From contig CM052816.1 of NCBI GenBank assembly GCA_028534125.1, positions 75,642,001 through 75,706,000 on the forward strand: a DNA stretch of 64,000 nt, in the 5' to 3' direction. Position numbers and translations under genes: made by a program. The notes beneath the pieces were generated by a model. It ran no database searches, was not told the DNA's origin, and was given only the letters and a program-made list of their open reading frames with translations. Each line of letters starts with the position of its first letter. The first letter of the stretch is position 1. Below, one piece after another: positions 26,403 to 39,336 of this stretch. The DNA is from Lama glama (taxonomy: Eukaryota).

Positions 26403-28203
26403 CTGAACCCAAGAAAAGCCACCACACAAAAATAAAAGGGTAAAGAAAGGAAATGCTACCTGGGATCTAAAGGTTTTGCCCCAACCCCCAACACTGCACT
26501 GATATTCTACTGTGAATTTGAGATACAACCTCAGTGTCCAGGGAAAGATCTGTTGATTATTTTGGTCCTCATTTTGCAACATGCAGAATTGATTCTGACT
26601 TTGGCTGGACACAAAATTGAAAAGACAACCTAAATTCAAATTCCAGGCTCTCACCCATAATCATCAAGCATCTGAATTCTGAATTCTTTGTTTGCATTCT
26701 CCAAAATCATATAATGCCAACCACTGGGAAGAAAGATTGACCCCCTCCTGCCCTTCAACTTTCCATTTCTTTTCTGTAATCACTGACCAAGATGCCTTTC
26801 TTGGTAATTTAGACACGTGCACATTGAGAGCGTGGGAACTAGATCAAAAGGTTAAAATTCAACATTTCTTTAGAACCTAGTCTGTGCAGGACACTCTTTT
26901 GGGTGTTGGGATGTGAATATAAATTAAAAGGGTGCTCCTCAGGCTTTGCATACACTTTACAATCTAATAGGACAGACTAAGAAGATAGGTAATTACAATT
27001 CAGCAACATAATTGTGATACTTACAAGCTCAGGGTACCAGCAGCACTAGAAGAAGCACTAGAGGAAGCACTAGGTACTAGATGACCTAGCCCCTGCCTAC
27101 CTCCCCAGCATCGTCTCCAGCCATTCCCTTACCAGCCTCCTATGCCTGGTCATGCTGGATAACTTACATAAATCAAAGGCAAGCTCTTTGTCATCTCCAC
27201 TGACCTTGCACCTACAGTTCTCTCAGCCTAGAAAGGTTTTCTCTACCTATTACCTATTTGCCCCTCAAGAATCAAATTATACATTATCTCCTTTCTGAAA
27301 CCATCCTTGCCCCTCAGGCTGCGACGTATGTCCCTCCTCTGTGTCATTATAGTATGGACTGCACAGAGTTACCCTGATAGCATCCCATTATGCTGTGACT
27401 TGACCCAATGCAGCAACTATTTGTTGAGGGTCTACTATGTACCAGACACTAGATGCAAAAATAAAAGAAATATAATTGACATCTTTAAGGAGTTCGCAAT
27501 CTACCAGGGCAACAAATTCAGATTACAAATACAATGCACGTAGAGAACATGGAAAGTGACTTATTAAATAGCTCTATCAGCTGGCGGCTTAGAGAAGTCC
27601 TCCCTGAGGAGGCATCATCTGATTTCGGTTGTGAAAGTAAAACAGGAATTTGACAGGTATTGTTGAGAAGCACATTTAACACAAGAATTATTTATGTACT
27701 GTTCCACCCATAAAATTTTGAGAGTTTTGAGCCTATGTGTGTCATTCTACATTCACAACTCTCATCACTATACCTGGAACATAATAAGAACTGTTATTAA
27801 ATTAATTTAACTGTTGTTGAATTAATTTATCTGCACAAATGCAACATAGACCATAGGTCAAATAACTCTCAATCCAAAAATTACGTTTCAGTCACCACGC
27901 ATAGGGATGATCTATATTGCTCATTCATTAGCTAATTAAAATTGCTTTTCTTGTAAACATAAAAATAATTTGGGCAGTAATATTCTTTTTGCCCAATCTC
28001 AGTGTACATTCCAGGCTCACTCTCCATTTTCACCAAAAATGCAATGTCAAGAACCATGTGGGTCTGTCAATAGCCATATTTCTTTTCAAAGAGGCAAAGT
28101 TTACAATCTAATAGGACAGACTAACTTTTATTACCAGATGCCACTGATGCATTTGAAAGAATAACAGTTGAGTGTGCAATTAAATGCCAATAAAAATCCT
28201 ATT

Positions 28204-28383
28204 GGGGGAAGGGTACAGCTCAGCAGTAGAGCACATGCTTAGCATGCATAAGGTCCTGGGTTCAATCTCCAGTACCTCCATTAGAATAGATAGATGGATA
28301 GACAGATAGATAGATAGATAGATAGATAGATAAACAAATCTAATTACCTCTGCAAAAAAAAAGCAAAACAAAACAAAAAAAAT
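28204..28383 (+). mobile_element. tRNA-derived SINE (Vic-1-like) containing a (GATA)n microsatellite
   Basis: A/B boxes; (GATA)n about 28286-28332; TSD aaatcctatt/aaatcctact. Confidence 0.9.
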
Positions 28384-28519
28384 TTTTAAATCCTACTGAT
28401 TTGGGGAGAAATTAATTTATAGTTGAATTCAGTATAATTCAACAAATACATACTGTGCAAGTTAAACAAATAGTATTTGAATTTACACTGTGCATGCCAA
28501 GCCTATGGAAAACAAATAC

Positions 28520-28661
28520 CTGAAGAACACCTGAAACGCTCTCCACATCCTTCTTCTATTGGACATCCTCTTGTAGGTTCACATGACTGTGTTTCAAAAG
28601 CACTTCCTACACAAGGTTGGCCGCCATACTGCCCATAAACAGCAATTGACCGTCTGCGAGT
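28520..28661 (-). CDS. C7: C7 exon 4 (TSP1 end / LDLRA start)
   Basis: ttag|ACT...TCA G|gtatt; 142 nt; [47 protein letters not shown]. Confidence 0.97.
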
Positions 28662-31484
28662 CTAAACACAAAACAGATAGTACTTTTCAATATCTCCAGT
28701 TTCCTTTACCTGAGAAATAAAATCTGAGAGAAAGTAACACAATTGGAGAAATAATGTTCATGAAACAGTTCTGGTATCCTACAGAAGTAAAACCTCCCAA
28801 ATCAGTGAACCTAGAGACCCCCTTGTCTTTGAGTCTGGTGACACTTAGATTATTATTTATAGAGCATTGTCAACTATATATTTACTCTCAGGGTTGAGTG
28901 AAAAAAAATAGGGAATCTTTAAGAGAATATGCTGGATAGACCTATAAGCAAATAGATCACAGTACAGAATGATTACTGTTTTTGCCAAAGCAAGGTACCA
29001 AGAGCTAATTAGAAAAAGTGAAGTGAATTTTTTTTTGGAGGGAGAGTCAGGGTATCGGGAAGGGGAGCTGAGATGATGTGGCATTAAGGAAATCTTTAAA
29101 AAAGTGGTGGTAATTGATTTGAGCTGAACCTTAAGTTTTCTTCAGGAAGAGAAGGCAAGGCAAAAAGGAAAAGAATTTAGAGAGAGAGATGTACTAACAT
29201 GGAAGCCTAACTGACAAAACAGAAGCCTAAGTAGTCCACAGATGAAGCTATAACTACAATGAAACTTTACTCGACAATCAAAATCATTGACCTCTGAAAT
29301 GGGAAGTATGTCAAAGGCATATCCTTGGGCAACGGAGAGGGGTGTGTATGAAAAAAACTGAGGAAATCTCTAAGCCAAATGAAAAAATTAATTCATCCTA
29401 AAATTATTTTACACAATATAAAGACATGTATCTAATGTTTAAAGAAAAAGAAAGATCTACAAAATCCTTTTCCTCCTCAAAGTCAAGCAAAGGTGCATGT
29501 TTTAAGCCTCTTCCTATACTCATATCTTACCCATTAATAAAGCTGGACAAAACCTGAGATTCCAGAGATTGTAAAACTTGAGCGAAGACCAACAGGGAAG
29601 ACTAAATATACAAATCAATGTTGAACGTATTCGTTCAACCTAACTGGGACAAGGATCACAGATGTGTAATCTAAACCCAGAGGAGTTTTACATCAGCCTG
29701 GACTTGGCGCTGGCACTCTTCACTGCATTTAAGCAGAAGGGTCATGGAGGGATATGAGTGGGGATGGAACTCAGTACAGTTTCTTAGTAAGCTTTTGGTT
29801 TCTGCATTTAATTAATGAAGACACCTCTTGCATATGGCTCAGTAATGTGTGCTTTTCTGAAGCTCCAAAGCACAGACTGTGGTGTTGCATTAGTAACATT
29901 TTCCCTCTCCATAGGTGCCAGGATGACCTTGATGACTGTCTACTCTCAATAGTCTCATTCTCACCTGTCAAGTTCTGATCTTATGACCCCCTTTTCATTT
30001 TCACTTGTCTCTTTCTGGATGAAAATTTTGTTTTTATAATCTAGGCATGATGACCCTCACTCAAAAAAAATTACTCATGTGAAAAATATCTTCTATCTAC
30101 TTCTATTTAGTGTTCTTATTTAACTTGTTTTTAAATTATAAAAATGTTTTCTGAGTTTGATGTTTGTTTGACCTTTGTCTTGTTTTTCATGTACCTGTTT
30201 GCCTATAATCAGAGTTGTCACTGATTATATTTGCCAGAAGCCAAATTCTACACTTGTGTAACTTGTTCTGTAAATACCCCTCAGGTAGGTACTAAATAGA
30301 TATTCAATGAAATGATGATAATGATGATGCTTCAAAATAGAAGTTATCTCCTGTAATACGGTTCTGTTATTTTAAAAATTAAAATGATTTTAAATATACA
30401 GTTTTATCTAAACTGAACCACCTTTAAAATACTTTACAAATATCAAGTCATGTTGTACACCTGAAACCAATATAATGTTATATGTGAACTGTATCTCAAT
30501 AAAAAAAATTTCATCAATCAAACATTTAGAACCTTTGAAACAAACATTATATTTTTGGAATTTATCCTAAGACAATTATCAGAAAAAAAGATAGATATCT
30601 ATGTACAAAATGTTCATTACAGTTTTATTCATAATAACAAAAAATGTAAATAACCCAAATCTCAAACAATAGGAAAGAGAATAAATAAGATTGGTATATT
30701 CATATAATGGAAAATAATACAGTTGTTAAAATTCATGCTGATAGCATAATGTTAGGTTAAAATAGTAGAATACAAAACTATAATCAAATAATCCTATTTT
30801 TAAAAATCATAAGCACACAGAGAAAATAAACTGAAAGGATATATATTAAAGTGCTGATACATTGGTTTCTTCTAAATGGTGGAATCATTAAGTAGTGTTT
30901 TCTTTATTTATACTCTTCTATGTTATCTCCAATGAACAATTTATAATGAGGAAAAAAAGACATTTTTAGAAGCACTCTATAATCTCCAAGTAAAGTCTGG
31001 TATTTTATTTATAATACTTTTGCATTAAACTTTAAAGCATTGAAAAATGTTTGACTTTCCATGGTCATTCACTATCTGCTGGGTAAAACAGAGCAACTAT
31101 TTCACTACTTGTTAGTGTTAGTTTCAAACGAAAAGAAAAGTTGAATCCAGTAACTATGAAACAGATTTTGAATTATCTACTAACTTCACTTCGTGCTATT
31201 CTTATTTCTCTAATAGTTAAAGAGCGAGTTGCTTTTAACTTTTCTCCTATGCATATTTCTAGGTTCAAATGTAAGATTTAGAAAAATCCTACAAGAAAAA
31301 TGAGAATGCATAAATTATTTTATTATAATATTAATTATTAAGTGTTATACTTTTTCCCTTCAAAATTACCAATTACATTTTCAAGAAACATAAAAAATAA
31401 CATTCAAAAGTTAATGCCATGTTGTCCATACCTAAGCTATTTCTGCACATGGATAATAAACGCGAAGTTTTCATACAGTCCTAC

Positions 31485-31560
31485 CTGAGTCTTGATACAA
31501 CCATTGCATTCTGACCAAGGGGCATAGGAATTCCACTGGCAATTGACTGGAGAGGAGGCG
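31485..31560 (-). CDS. C7: C7 exon 3 (TSP1 domain start)
   Basis: acag|C GCC...ACT CAG|gtagg; 76 nt; [25 protein letters not shown]. Confidence 0.97.
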
Positions 31561-33149
31561 CTGTCAGAGTGTCAAATTACCCATCATAAAACCGATAGAA
31601 AGGTAAGAAAGAAGACAAAGAATAGTCAAAAAGAGTCAAAAAATTGCTTCATCTTTTTTTTCCTAAGAGGCACTCAAACTATCCCAAAAATATATAAAAA
31701 TATATGTGGGAAGGGCTCACTTTTTCAGAGATTTGTTAAATATCTAGAATGTACCACACACTATTTAGACAGTAGAGTTGTAGACACAAAAGAGACAGGT
31801 CATTGACCACTGCTGGAAGGGAGGATGAAGACACAGATGTGTGAACAAATAATCATAACACAGTATACAATCACTAGCCATTATACAATATACCTAATTG
31901 GATATATTTCCTAACAGAAATGTGTATAGTATGATATATTATGGAAATACAGATAAGAGAGTGTTCAGAGTTTGGAGGATAAGTGAAAACATAGAAGAGG
32001 AGGGCATTCTGGCCTTTGAAGGGATTCTGGATGATGAATTGAAGTTACATAGAAATTTAACTGAGAGACAAGAAGCTTTAAGAAGACTGCATGAGAAGTA
32101 GGCAAGTCAAATCTGGCAAAGGTTAAATGGACAGAAATTTACTTGTACCTGATCCCCCTGTTGATGTAGGCCACTTCTCAAGCACATACATAAGTAGGGG
32201 CAAGTTGAGCTCAAACAATTTCACTCAAATAAAATACATGTGGAAAATGGCGAGTTGACTCACACCGTGCTTAATTCTGGCTGTGTCAAAGAGGGCACAT
32301 TGCTTAGTCCTAAGAGTTTAAGGAAGCCTTACCTAAAACCACATTTTACAAGGGGTAAAGGAAACAGGACTCCCAATTTCTGGATTTCAAGTACATTCCT
32401 AACCTGGGAGGCATCTCAGGGCAAGCTGATTCCTACTTACGTTCAGCATTGTCAGGTAGCCCTGCAGATAAGAAGTCCCATTTGTGCCTCAGGTTCTTTG
32501 ATGGGACCAATCTTGCTAATTTGTAGTCTTGATATGGCATCAATAATCCAAATGCTTTAGTGTCTTTGACACTTAAACAATCTGAATTTAATGTTATTTG
32601 TCTATTTTGTGTCCCAGGGACAGGTGGAGGCTTAGGATGGGAAGCTAGCTTGGCCTCACCTTCTCTGGGCACCACCAGCAGCCTGTGCAGTCCCCTCTCA
32701 GAGCCTTGATCATACTTGTATTGAATCAGCTGTTTCAAGATCTGAATCATTCCCGTGATTCTCAGTACCGTCTTGCTCCTCTGTGTCCCCCGTCACTAGC
32801 ACAGCTCCTGATACATGTCCTGACAATTCGATAAGGTGAACCGACCTGGTCCTGTCTCATTAAACTGACAGTGAAAGCACAACAAGGCTGTGGGTAAATG
32901 ATGCTGGTTTCTTCCAGGTCCCAAGAGCCGATAAAGCTATTTCCTTAAAAAAAACTCTCAACTTTCAAAATCCTAAGACTGTTTTGCAAGAATTACATTT
33001 AAAGACCAAATTCTAGCATATATAAGTCGGCTGTGATCTCTGAACTGCAGGTAAAACTGTGGTACTGGGACAAGCAGAAAACCTTGAGGTGTTTTTAGTC
33101 TTCAGGTTTCTTCCTTACAGGAATAAAACAAAGTAAAAAAGCCAGAGCA

Positions 33150-33260
33150 GGTGAAGGGTAGTCTAGTCCAAGAATTAGAGCGCATGCTTAGCATGCATGA
33201 GGCCCTGGGTTCAATGCCCAGTACCTCTATCAAAAAAAAAAACTAAAAAGTAAAATAAAA
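33150..33260 (+). mobile_element. tRNA-derived SINE (Vic-1-like) with altered A box
   Basis: agagcgcatgcttagcatgcatgaggccctgggttcaatgcccagtacctc followed by poly(A). Confidence 0.85.
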
Positions 33261-33427
33261 CTTCCTTTCGCTATCATTGTCTTTTCTAAAAACGTGGAAA
33301 GAAAAAAGTTTTGAAGGGATAAACATGCTCAGGCTGTAATGTAAAAATCAGACCATTCTTAAGAATTTCCTAAAATTAACAGAAATAATTTTTAATGATT
33401 TCCACACCCAATCCAAAAAATTCTCAC

Positions 33428-33483
33428 CTTAAAAAAACTTGGAACTCTCCTATAAATCCCACCAAGAAGAATAAACTTATTGC
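33428..33483 (-). CDS. C7: C7 exon 2 (signal peptide)
   Basis: ctag|GCAATAAGT...TTAAG|gtgag; 56 nt; AISLFFLVGFIGEFQVFL(S). Confidence 0.96.
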
Positions 33484-35353
33484 CTAGGAGGGAAAAAAAA
33501 AAACAATAAATCAGTATCTTCGTTTGCATTGCTTCAGTGAGTTAAAAGTGAATACATTTGTGCAAGTCAAGATTTGTGAACTGAGACTATTAGGAGTAGA
33601 AGAATCACGGAGAAGCCTCTAAGATTCTGCTTGTCTTTTACGTTTCCGCTTTAAATAAAAGTTTAATACAATTCTCTCGAGCTGACTTCCCACTGTTCAT
33701 TTCTGGAAAGACAAGTAGGGCAGAAGCGAAGTCATGGACAAACTATCAAATGCATTCAATTCATAACCCAGAACAAAAGTCCTTAAATCATATCACCCCA
33801 CATTCTAGTGGGCCAATATTATTTCTCCTCTGACCTCCCCATGCCTCTCTTCTCTCAGTGTAACTATGGAATGTTTCCAACATTTTTGCAGACCCTTCTA
33901 CTCACCTTCCTAGATTACCTATCTTCTTATTAGATATCTCCCTTTCAGTTGTAAAATCCTAGCTGCCTACCTCTGTCTTTCATACGTCTACAAATCTTTC
34001 AGCCTATAATCTGATCAGCATAATCAAAAGGACAGAGAGGTACCAACAGCTGTGGGTATCCCAGAAATGAGTAAACAATGGTGGGAAAGGCTATGAATAT
34101 TTTTCTGACTTTTCGACAAACGTGTGAAGCACATAGTGTAAAGCAACACCTTTTAAAGTGTTTGTTTGTTTGTTTGTTTAATCCTAAACTACACAGGGTT
34201 TTTTTTTTCAGCAGTACGTCTTTACTTGTGCTACGTCAACTCATTTTTCCTGCCCTTGGGCAGGCCTATCTCATAGCTTTATTAGTCATTCCCAGGCATT
34301 AATTTCAAAAATAAAAATTCTGGAACCATCTAATCGTCTGATTTAAATTTATCATCTAGTTTTAAATTTCTCTCCCACGCCCAGTTCCTGCAGGAAGGAG
34401 TCCACTTCAAAATTCTTCTTCCTCGTTCTCCTGGTTTTCTTCCCCATCTCCACAAGAAGCCTCTCTATCTTCAACTTCAGCAGGAGTGAGTGGAGCAAGA
34501 GCTAAAAAGGATCTTGCTTGACCGATGTAGCTGGAAACTGGTGATGGTAAGTCAGGGTGTGTAGGATGTTTGAATGCCATTTCTTTGACCCTCACAGTGT
34601 TAGGGCTTTTGTTTTAAAGGCACAACCACCACCACAGTATAACTGGTAGAAGACAGTGGATACCATCAGATCAGCTCTGGGTGTGGAGAGGAGGCAGAGA
34701 GGATCCTCCCCTGAGACATCACGGTGCCTGACCTCACCCCAGCCCCATGTGAATCATGCCTTAGGTTGACAACCCCTTCTCTTCAGTCCTGTATTTTTTT
34801 TTTAACATTTGGCCAATATGTGTTTTTGGTAAAACGTTAGTTAATTCCGTCTATCTGTATCTTCCACTCTCACAATCCTGATCTCATCCAGATTCCAAAT
34901 TCTAAAATTCCAACTCTCCAAATACACTTTTCTATAAACCTCTTAGATAAGTCAGATCATGGGGGATCACTGCATGATTCCAAATCAACAAACAAACAGA
35001 TGAATACACTGGAATTCTTCCCTAAGAAATACAACAGAAATAACAACAGTTTGGTGAATTTCTTAGCAGCTTTCTTGGGATTTTCACAAACATTGTCTTC
35101 AATCTCTGATTCCCAGACCTCTAAACTAATAAATTAACTGCAAGATGAAAAAAAAAAAAAAAAAGGAAACTCACTTTGGCTGAACTGCTAAATAAATATA
35201 TTTAATTAAGATTTTTAAAAAGTCACCCTCAAATCTTTCTCTTTCCTATCTTCCCATGTCTTCTTTTTTTTTTTTTTTTTGAGCTATTTCAGTTAAGCCC
35301 TATTCCCTTTTAAGATAGCTTTGTTCACAAAAGTAACAAAATGACGATCTTAC

Positions 35354-35359
35354 CTTCAT
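35354..35359 (-). CDS. C7: Complement C7 exon 1 coding part (Met-Lys)
   Basis: Minus strand ttttcctaaacATGAAG|gtaaga; about 110 nt of upstream 5'UTR resembles C7 mRNA; phase 0 joins exon 2. Confidence 0.93.
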
Positions 35360-35459
35360 GTTTAGGAAAACATTTGGGGGGAAGAGAAGAGGAAAATGTC
35401 CTCCTTCAGTGCCCAGTGAATTTTCAACAGGAGGAAGAGTCCAGCAGTCAGCTGCCTGT

Positions 35460-35745
35460 CTGCCTCTCCCTGCTAGGGATTAACTTGGCACTCATATATA
35501 GAGCAAGTGGTTCCGAGACCTACTCCTACCCCAACCCTATCCTCCGGGACAGAGGGCCTGCCCATCCTCAGTCTGTGTCCTGAAGCCAGATGCATCCTAT
35601 CAATTTACAGAGGTCTTAGCTACAGCCAACTGGGACTGTTTGGAAGTGTAGTTCTGAGAAAACATCTGTAAATAAAGAAAGGCAGCCAGTGTTCTCAGTT
35701 CAATGTTTAAGTGATTTTCCACCAAAGGAGATTCTGCGTAAGGCA
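35460..35745 (-). promoter_or_regulatory. C7: C7 proximal promoter: TATA-like box with candidate STAT and C/EBP sites
   Basis: TATATAT at 35494-35500, about 25-30 nt upstream of the likely start (about 35470); TTCTGAGAA at 35652-35660; C/EBP-like TTACGCAG near 35733-35742. Confidence 0.6.
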
Positions 35746-35954
35746 AGGGATAAGACTTTTCCGGTTTCAGTCTGTTACACTAAGCAGATGTTTTCATGAT
35801 TCTCTAAAAGGGTGCTGTACAACAGATTTTGAGATTAAACACTTTGTGGGAGAAAAATTATAAATGCAGTTCTGTCCCTCAAAATGTAAATGGAGCATTC
35901 TGGAGTGGAATCCCCCAAATATACATACGTCTCCTAACACAATATACTATAGAG

Positions 35955-36250
35955 TCCTTCATGCTTGACTTTTGCAGAATGATCAAAAAGAGCATCATGT
36001 TTTGCAAACATATTTCAAGGCATCGCTGATTTCCCCAAGAACTTCCCTTGATGCTGTAATGTTCAGATCACTCTGTTGGAAAGTTCTTGTCACAGTCATC
36101 ACCCATGTCCATTTTCTCTTCTTCGATTGCCTTGTCTTATTCTGTCAGACTCTCATTTTCCATGGCTTTGCATTGATTCTAGCAGTTCTCCAACATCACT
36201 TTGGAGATTTCATGAAAGGCTGCATTTTTGCAAGATTTCAGATTATCTAT
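35955..36250 (-). mobile_element. Tigger transposase C-terminal coding remnant
   Basis: Frameshifted translation AFHEIS/SDVGELLES...EEEKMD...DLNITASREVLGEISDALKYVCK/HDALFDHSAKVKH resembles Tigger/pogo C-termini. Confidence 0.6.
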
Positions 36251-36684
36251 TAAAGTTGAGCTACAGTTTCATATGCATGGTTCGCCTTAATATTAAGATT
36301 CTTGCTGCTAGGGCACTACAGGTAGGAGAAACAGAAGTGGGAAGTGGGAAAAGAAATTTGAGTTGAGAGTAATCTTGTAACTAATCTTATAACTAAACAT
36401 TCCATTAGTGACTATTCTTCAATTTTAATAATTTTTTTTCTTTCTATAGCCAAAAAATTTTTTGAATAATAGAGAAAAACCCCCACCCTATCTTCTTAAT
36501 TTAATGGTGGTCTTCCAGAGACAAAGCATCCACATCTTTTGTTCAAACCATAGTGATTTCTGTGGGAAAAATTTTGCCACAGAGAAGATGATGTCTGATG
36601 CTTAAAAGGTAATTTTTTAATTCAAGTCCAACTGCATGAATTCCGGATATCATGGACTCTTCTTAATGTACAATTCCACAGTCA

Positions 36685-37215
36685 GTGGCTGTCTTATTTT
36701 GGGGTTCACCAGAAGCAGATTCTGAAACAAGAATTCAATTGCAAGCAGTTTTTTTGTTTTTCAGGTTTGGGGTTCTTGTTGTGTTTGGGGGGTTTTGTTT
36801 TGTTTTGAGACGTGATCTTGCTGAGGGATGGCAAAGTGAGTCTGGGAAGGAAAGGAAGCCAATGAAAGGTACTTTAGCATGCCAGATACTGAGGCAATTA
36901 GAGTGCAGCCCCAGTGAGGAAATCTGGGAGACACTGAGGAGCACACCTCAGAGTCACTCTAGCTAAGAGGTAAGGAAACTGGGGATATATTTACCAACAC
37001 CCTGTTTATCGTTGGTTGAGGGTGGTTTCTGTACTCATCAACTCTCTGACACTTCCAGCCTGAACTGAGGGTAGGTTGAGCACACACTTGTGGCCAGGGA
37101 GGGAAGAAAAAAAAAAAAAACCACAGAAAAAAGATTTCAAGTAGAGAATTGCAGGTATTTTCAGTATTGGAAGGTGTGTGCAGGCTATAGGCAGGACACC
37201 AACAGCCCCCAGTAC
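36685..37215. mobile_element. Old ERVL-type LTR remnant
   Basis: gggttcaccagaagcagattctgaaacaagaatt...; similar opening motif at 51085. Confidence 0.45.
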
Positions 37216-38484
37216 AGTACTTTTCCATTCATTCATGCATGCATTTATTAATTTGTTCATTCTAAATTCAACAAATACTTACTGAAGATGTATAATATAG
37301 GCTAGGGGCTTTGACAGATAGAAACCTTGAGCAATATTCTTTTTATTTTCATTCTTTACATGTTCTAAGGATCATATTAGCCCATTTATAGAATATCCTT
37401 AGTCTAAAGAATGTCATATGCATACAGGTGTTATCTGCAGTAGTTTAGACCTTAAATTTTTCATCTACCAGAGAATATGCCAGAAATTAAATCTAGAACG
37501 TTTATAAAAACTTCCTTTCCCCAAGTGCTTTGCACAAGCCCCTCTCCACAGCTTTGCTCTCATATGAACAGTATTTTTTCTTTCTGAAATTTCAATGGAG
37601 GAGCCATTTGGACAAAGGTTTCAAGTACAGGTGGGAGCCACACTGCGGGAAATTTCCCTGTCAATGTACGTGGTGTGGATTTTATTCAAAGGACAATGGG
37701 AACTCACTCACTGGAATTTTTTAGGAAAGAATCAAAGTGATACTTTAGGATGGTTGGAACAGTGGTAGCATGCAGTCTACATGGAAAGTACAAGAAGGGG
37801 AAGCAGGAAGTGTGTGATTTGGAATTTATTTCCATAGTCAGACAAGGGGCAATCACGGTCTCATCTGAGAAGAGAGAGAAAGGACCAGAGAATTCCCAAG
37901 TCTTCATGATTAAACATGGCTTCACATCTGATTGAGAAAATTGGAAGAATTTAAGAACAAATTAATAAAGGAGAGTAGTAGGAAGTTTAAGAAAAAGAGA
38001 TAGTTTTAGAAAAGGGACATTTTTATTTTGCAGAAACTATCCACTACACAGCTGGACATGTAGATCTCTTTGGGAAGAAACATCTTGGCATGAGGGTACA
38101 TATCTAAAGCCATGGGAAACTAATCACAATGAAGTATAAAACCACAAGAAGTGCCCCTATTCTGGAGCAGGAAGAGGGAGAGAAGACAAAAAAGGAGACA
38201 GAGAGGTCACAGATGGAGAAAGAAAACCAAAACAATTCAGTGTCAAGCCAACTGAGGGGAATTTCAAGGAAAGGCCAGCCAACAAAGACAAGTGCCATAT
38301 GGAGGTCAAAGAGAAGGAGTATTAAGGGAAGACCACACCACTCGGCAATTAAAACATAATGAAAACATTGTGGATAAACTGAAGGCAGAGTTCCCACACA
38401 TTTTCCACTCTGTTGCCACAAGACACTTCAAGGAAAAATAATTAATTTGTGGGTTCAATGAGTGTAACAAGCTGTGTATATTAT

Positions 38485-38691
38485 AGAGCAGAGTTCCTCA
38501 ACCTCTCAATTGCTGACCTTTTGAACTTAATTATTCTTTGTTGGGGTGGCGGGGTATGGGGAGCTGTCCTGTGCGTTGGAAGATGTTCAACAGCATCCCT
38601 GGCCTCTACTTGCATGACAATCAAAAATGTCTCCAGACGCTGCCAGACGTGCCCCAGAGGCAAAATCACCACCCTCCAATGAGAACCCCTG
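38485..38691. mobile_element. MER20 (hAT-Charlie) DNA transposon
   Basis: cagagttcctcaacct...cagcatccctggcctctac...aaaaatgtctccagac...gagaacccctg. Confidence 0.8.
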
Positions 38692-39319
38692 TCAGAGTGT
38701 CTACCTCTAGCAAATGCCCAGCCTTAGATTCACAAATAGAGTACACAGTGCAGTGTGAATTCAATGTTCTGAAAGTTCTACACCAAGTAAAACTTTAAAA
38801 AACTTTTTCAGACCAGAATTTACCAAATTCATATGACCATATAATCTGTATTTCTAACAACCCCTCAAACTGGTACATATGACAGGCCAATGGTGTCTGA
38901 ACCAGTTCTGAATCAGTAGAGGCCGGAGTAGTAGACTTCTGCCAGACTGCGGAAGGGTCTGCAAGGACCCAGCCCTCTCTCTTCCTGCTAGACACGCCCC
39001 ATGTTCCCCATTAGTCCTCACTTCCCGAGGTAGTACTTTAAAAACGGTTACTATCCCCAGACAGTAATGAAACTATTAGGCACTGATGATGTCAAGAAGC
39101 TGTTCTGGTCCACCTCGGGGAGACACTGGAAAACATTTTAACAAGCCTATTTCATTTACTAGCCGCTTTGTTTTATTCTGAATTGTTCCAACAAATTCCA
39201 TTTTACTCTGAGGGTATAGGAGGAATGAACCCACCGGGTATGGATAAAGCCTCCTTTTCTTTCTATCGCTGAGTCTGAGGTCAGAATTGAAACTCCCAAA
39301 GGTTGGAGTAAAGAGGCAA

Positions 39320-39336
39320 CAGCACCCCCTAGTGGT
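39320..39336 (-). promoter_or_regulatory. Candidate CTCF site
   Basis: Minus strand ACCACTAGGGGGTGCTG, one mismatch from the CCASYAGRKGGCRS core. Confidence 0.6.

Noticed and set aside
27040..27080. Short (gaagcactag)-type tandem, and (ctatga)n near 15437-15470
   Set aside because: Two to four copy slippage duplications with no spacers; not CRISPR-like and no evident function
29620..29639. Hairpin GTTGAACG-TATT-CGTTCAAC
   Set aside because: An 8-bp stem with a short loop is expected by chance in 64 kb
34407..34595. 62-aa acidic-tailed ORF in C7 intron 1
   Set aside because: Low-complexity purine tract, non-ATG start, no recognisable homology
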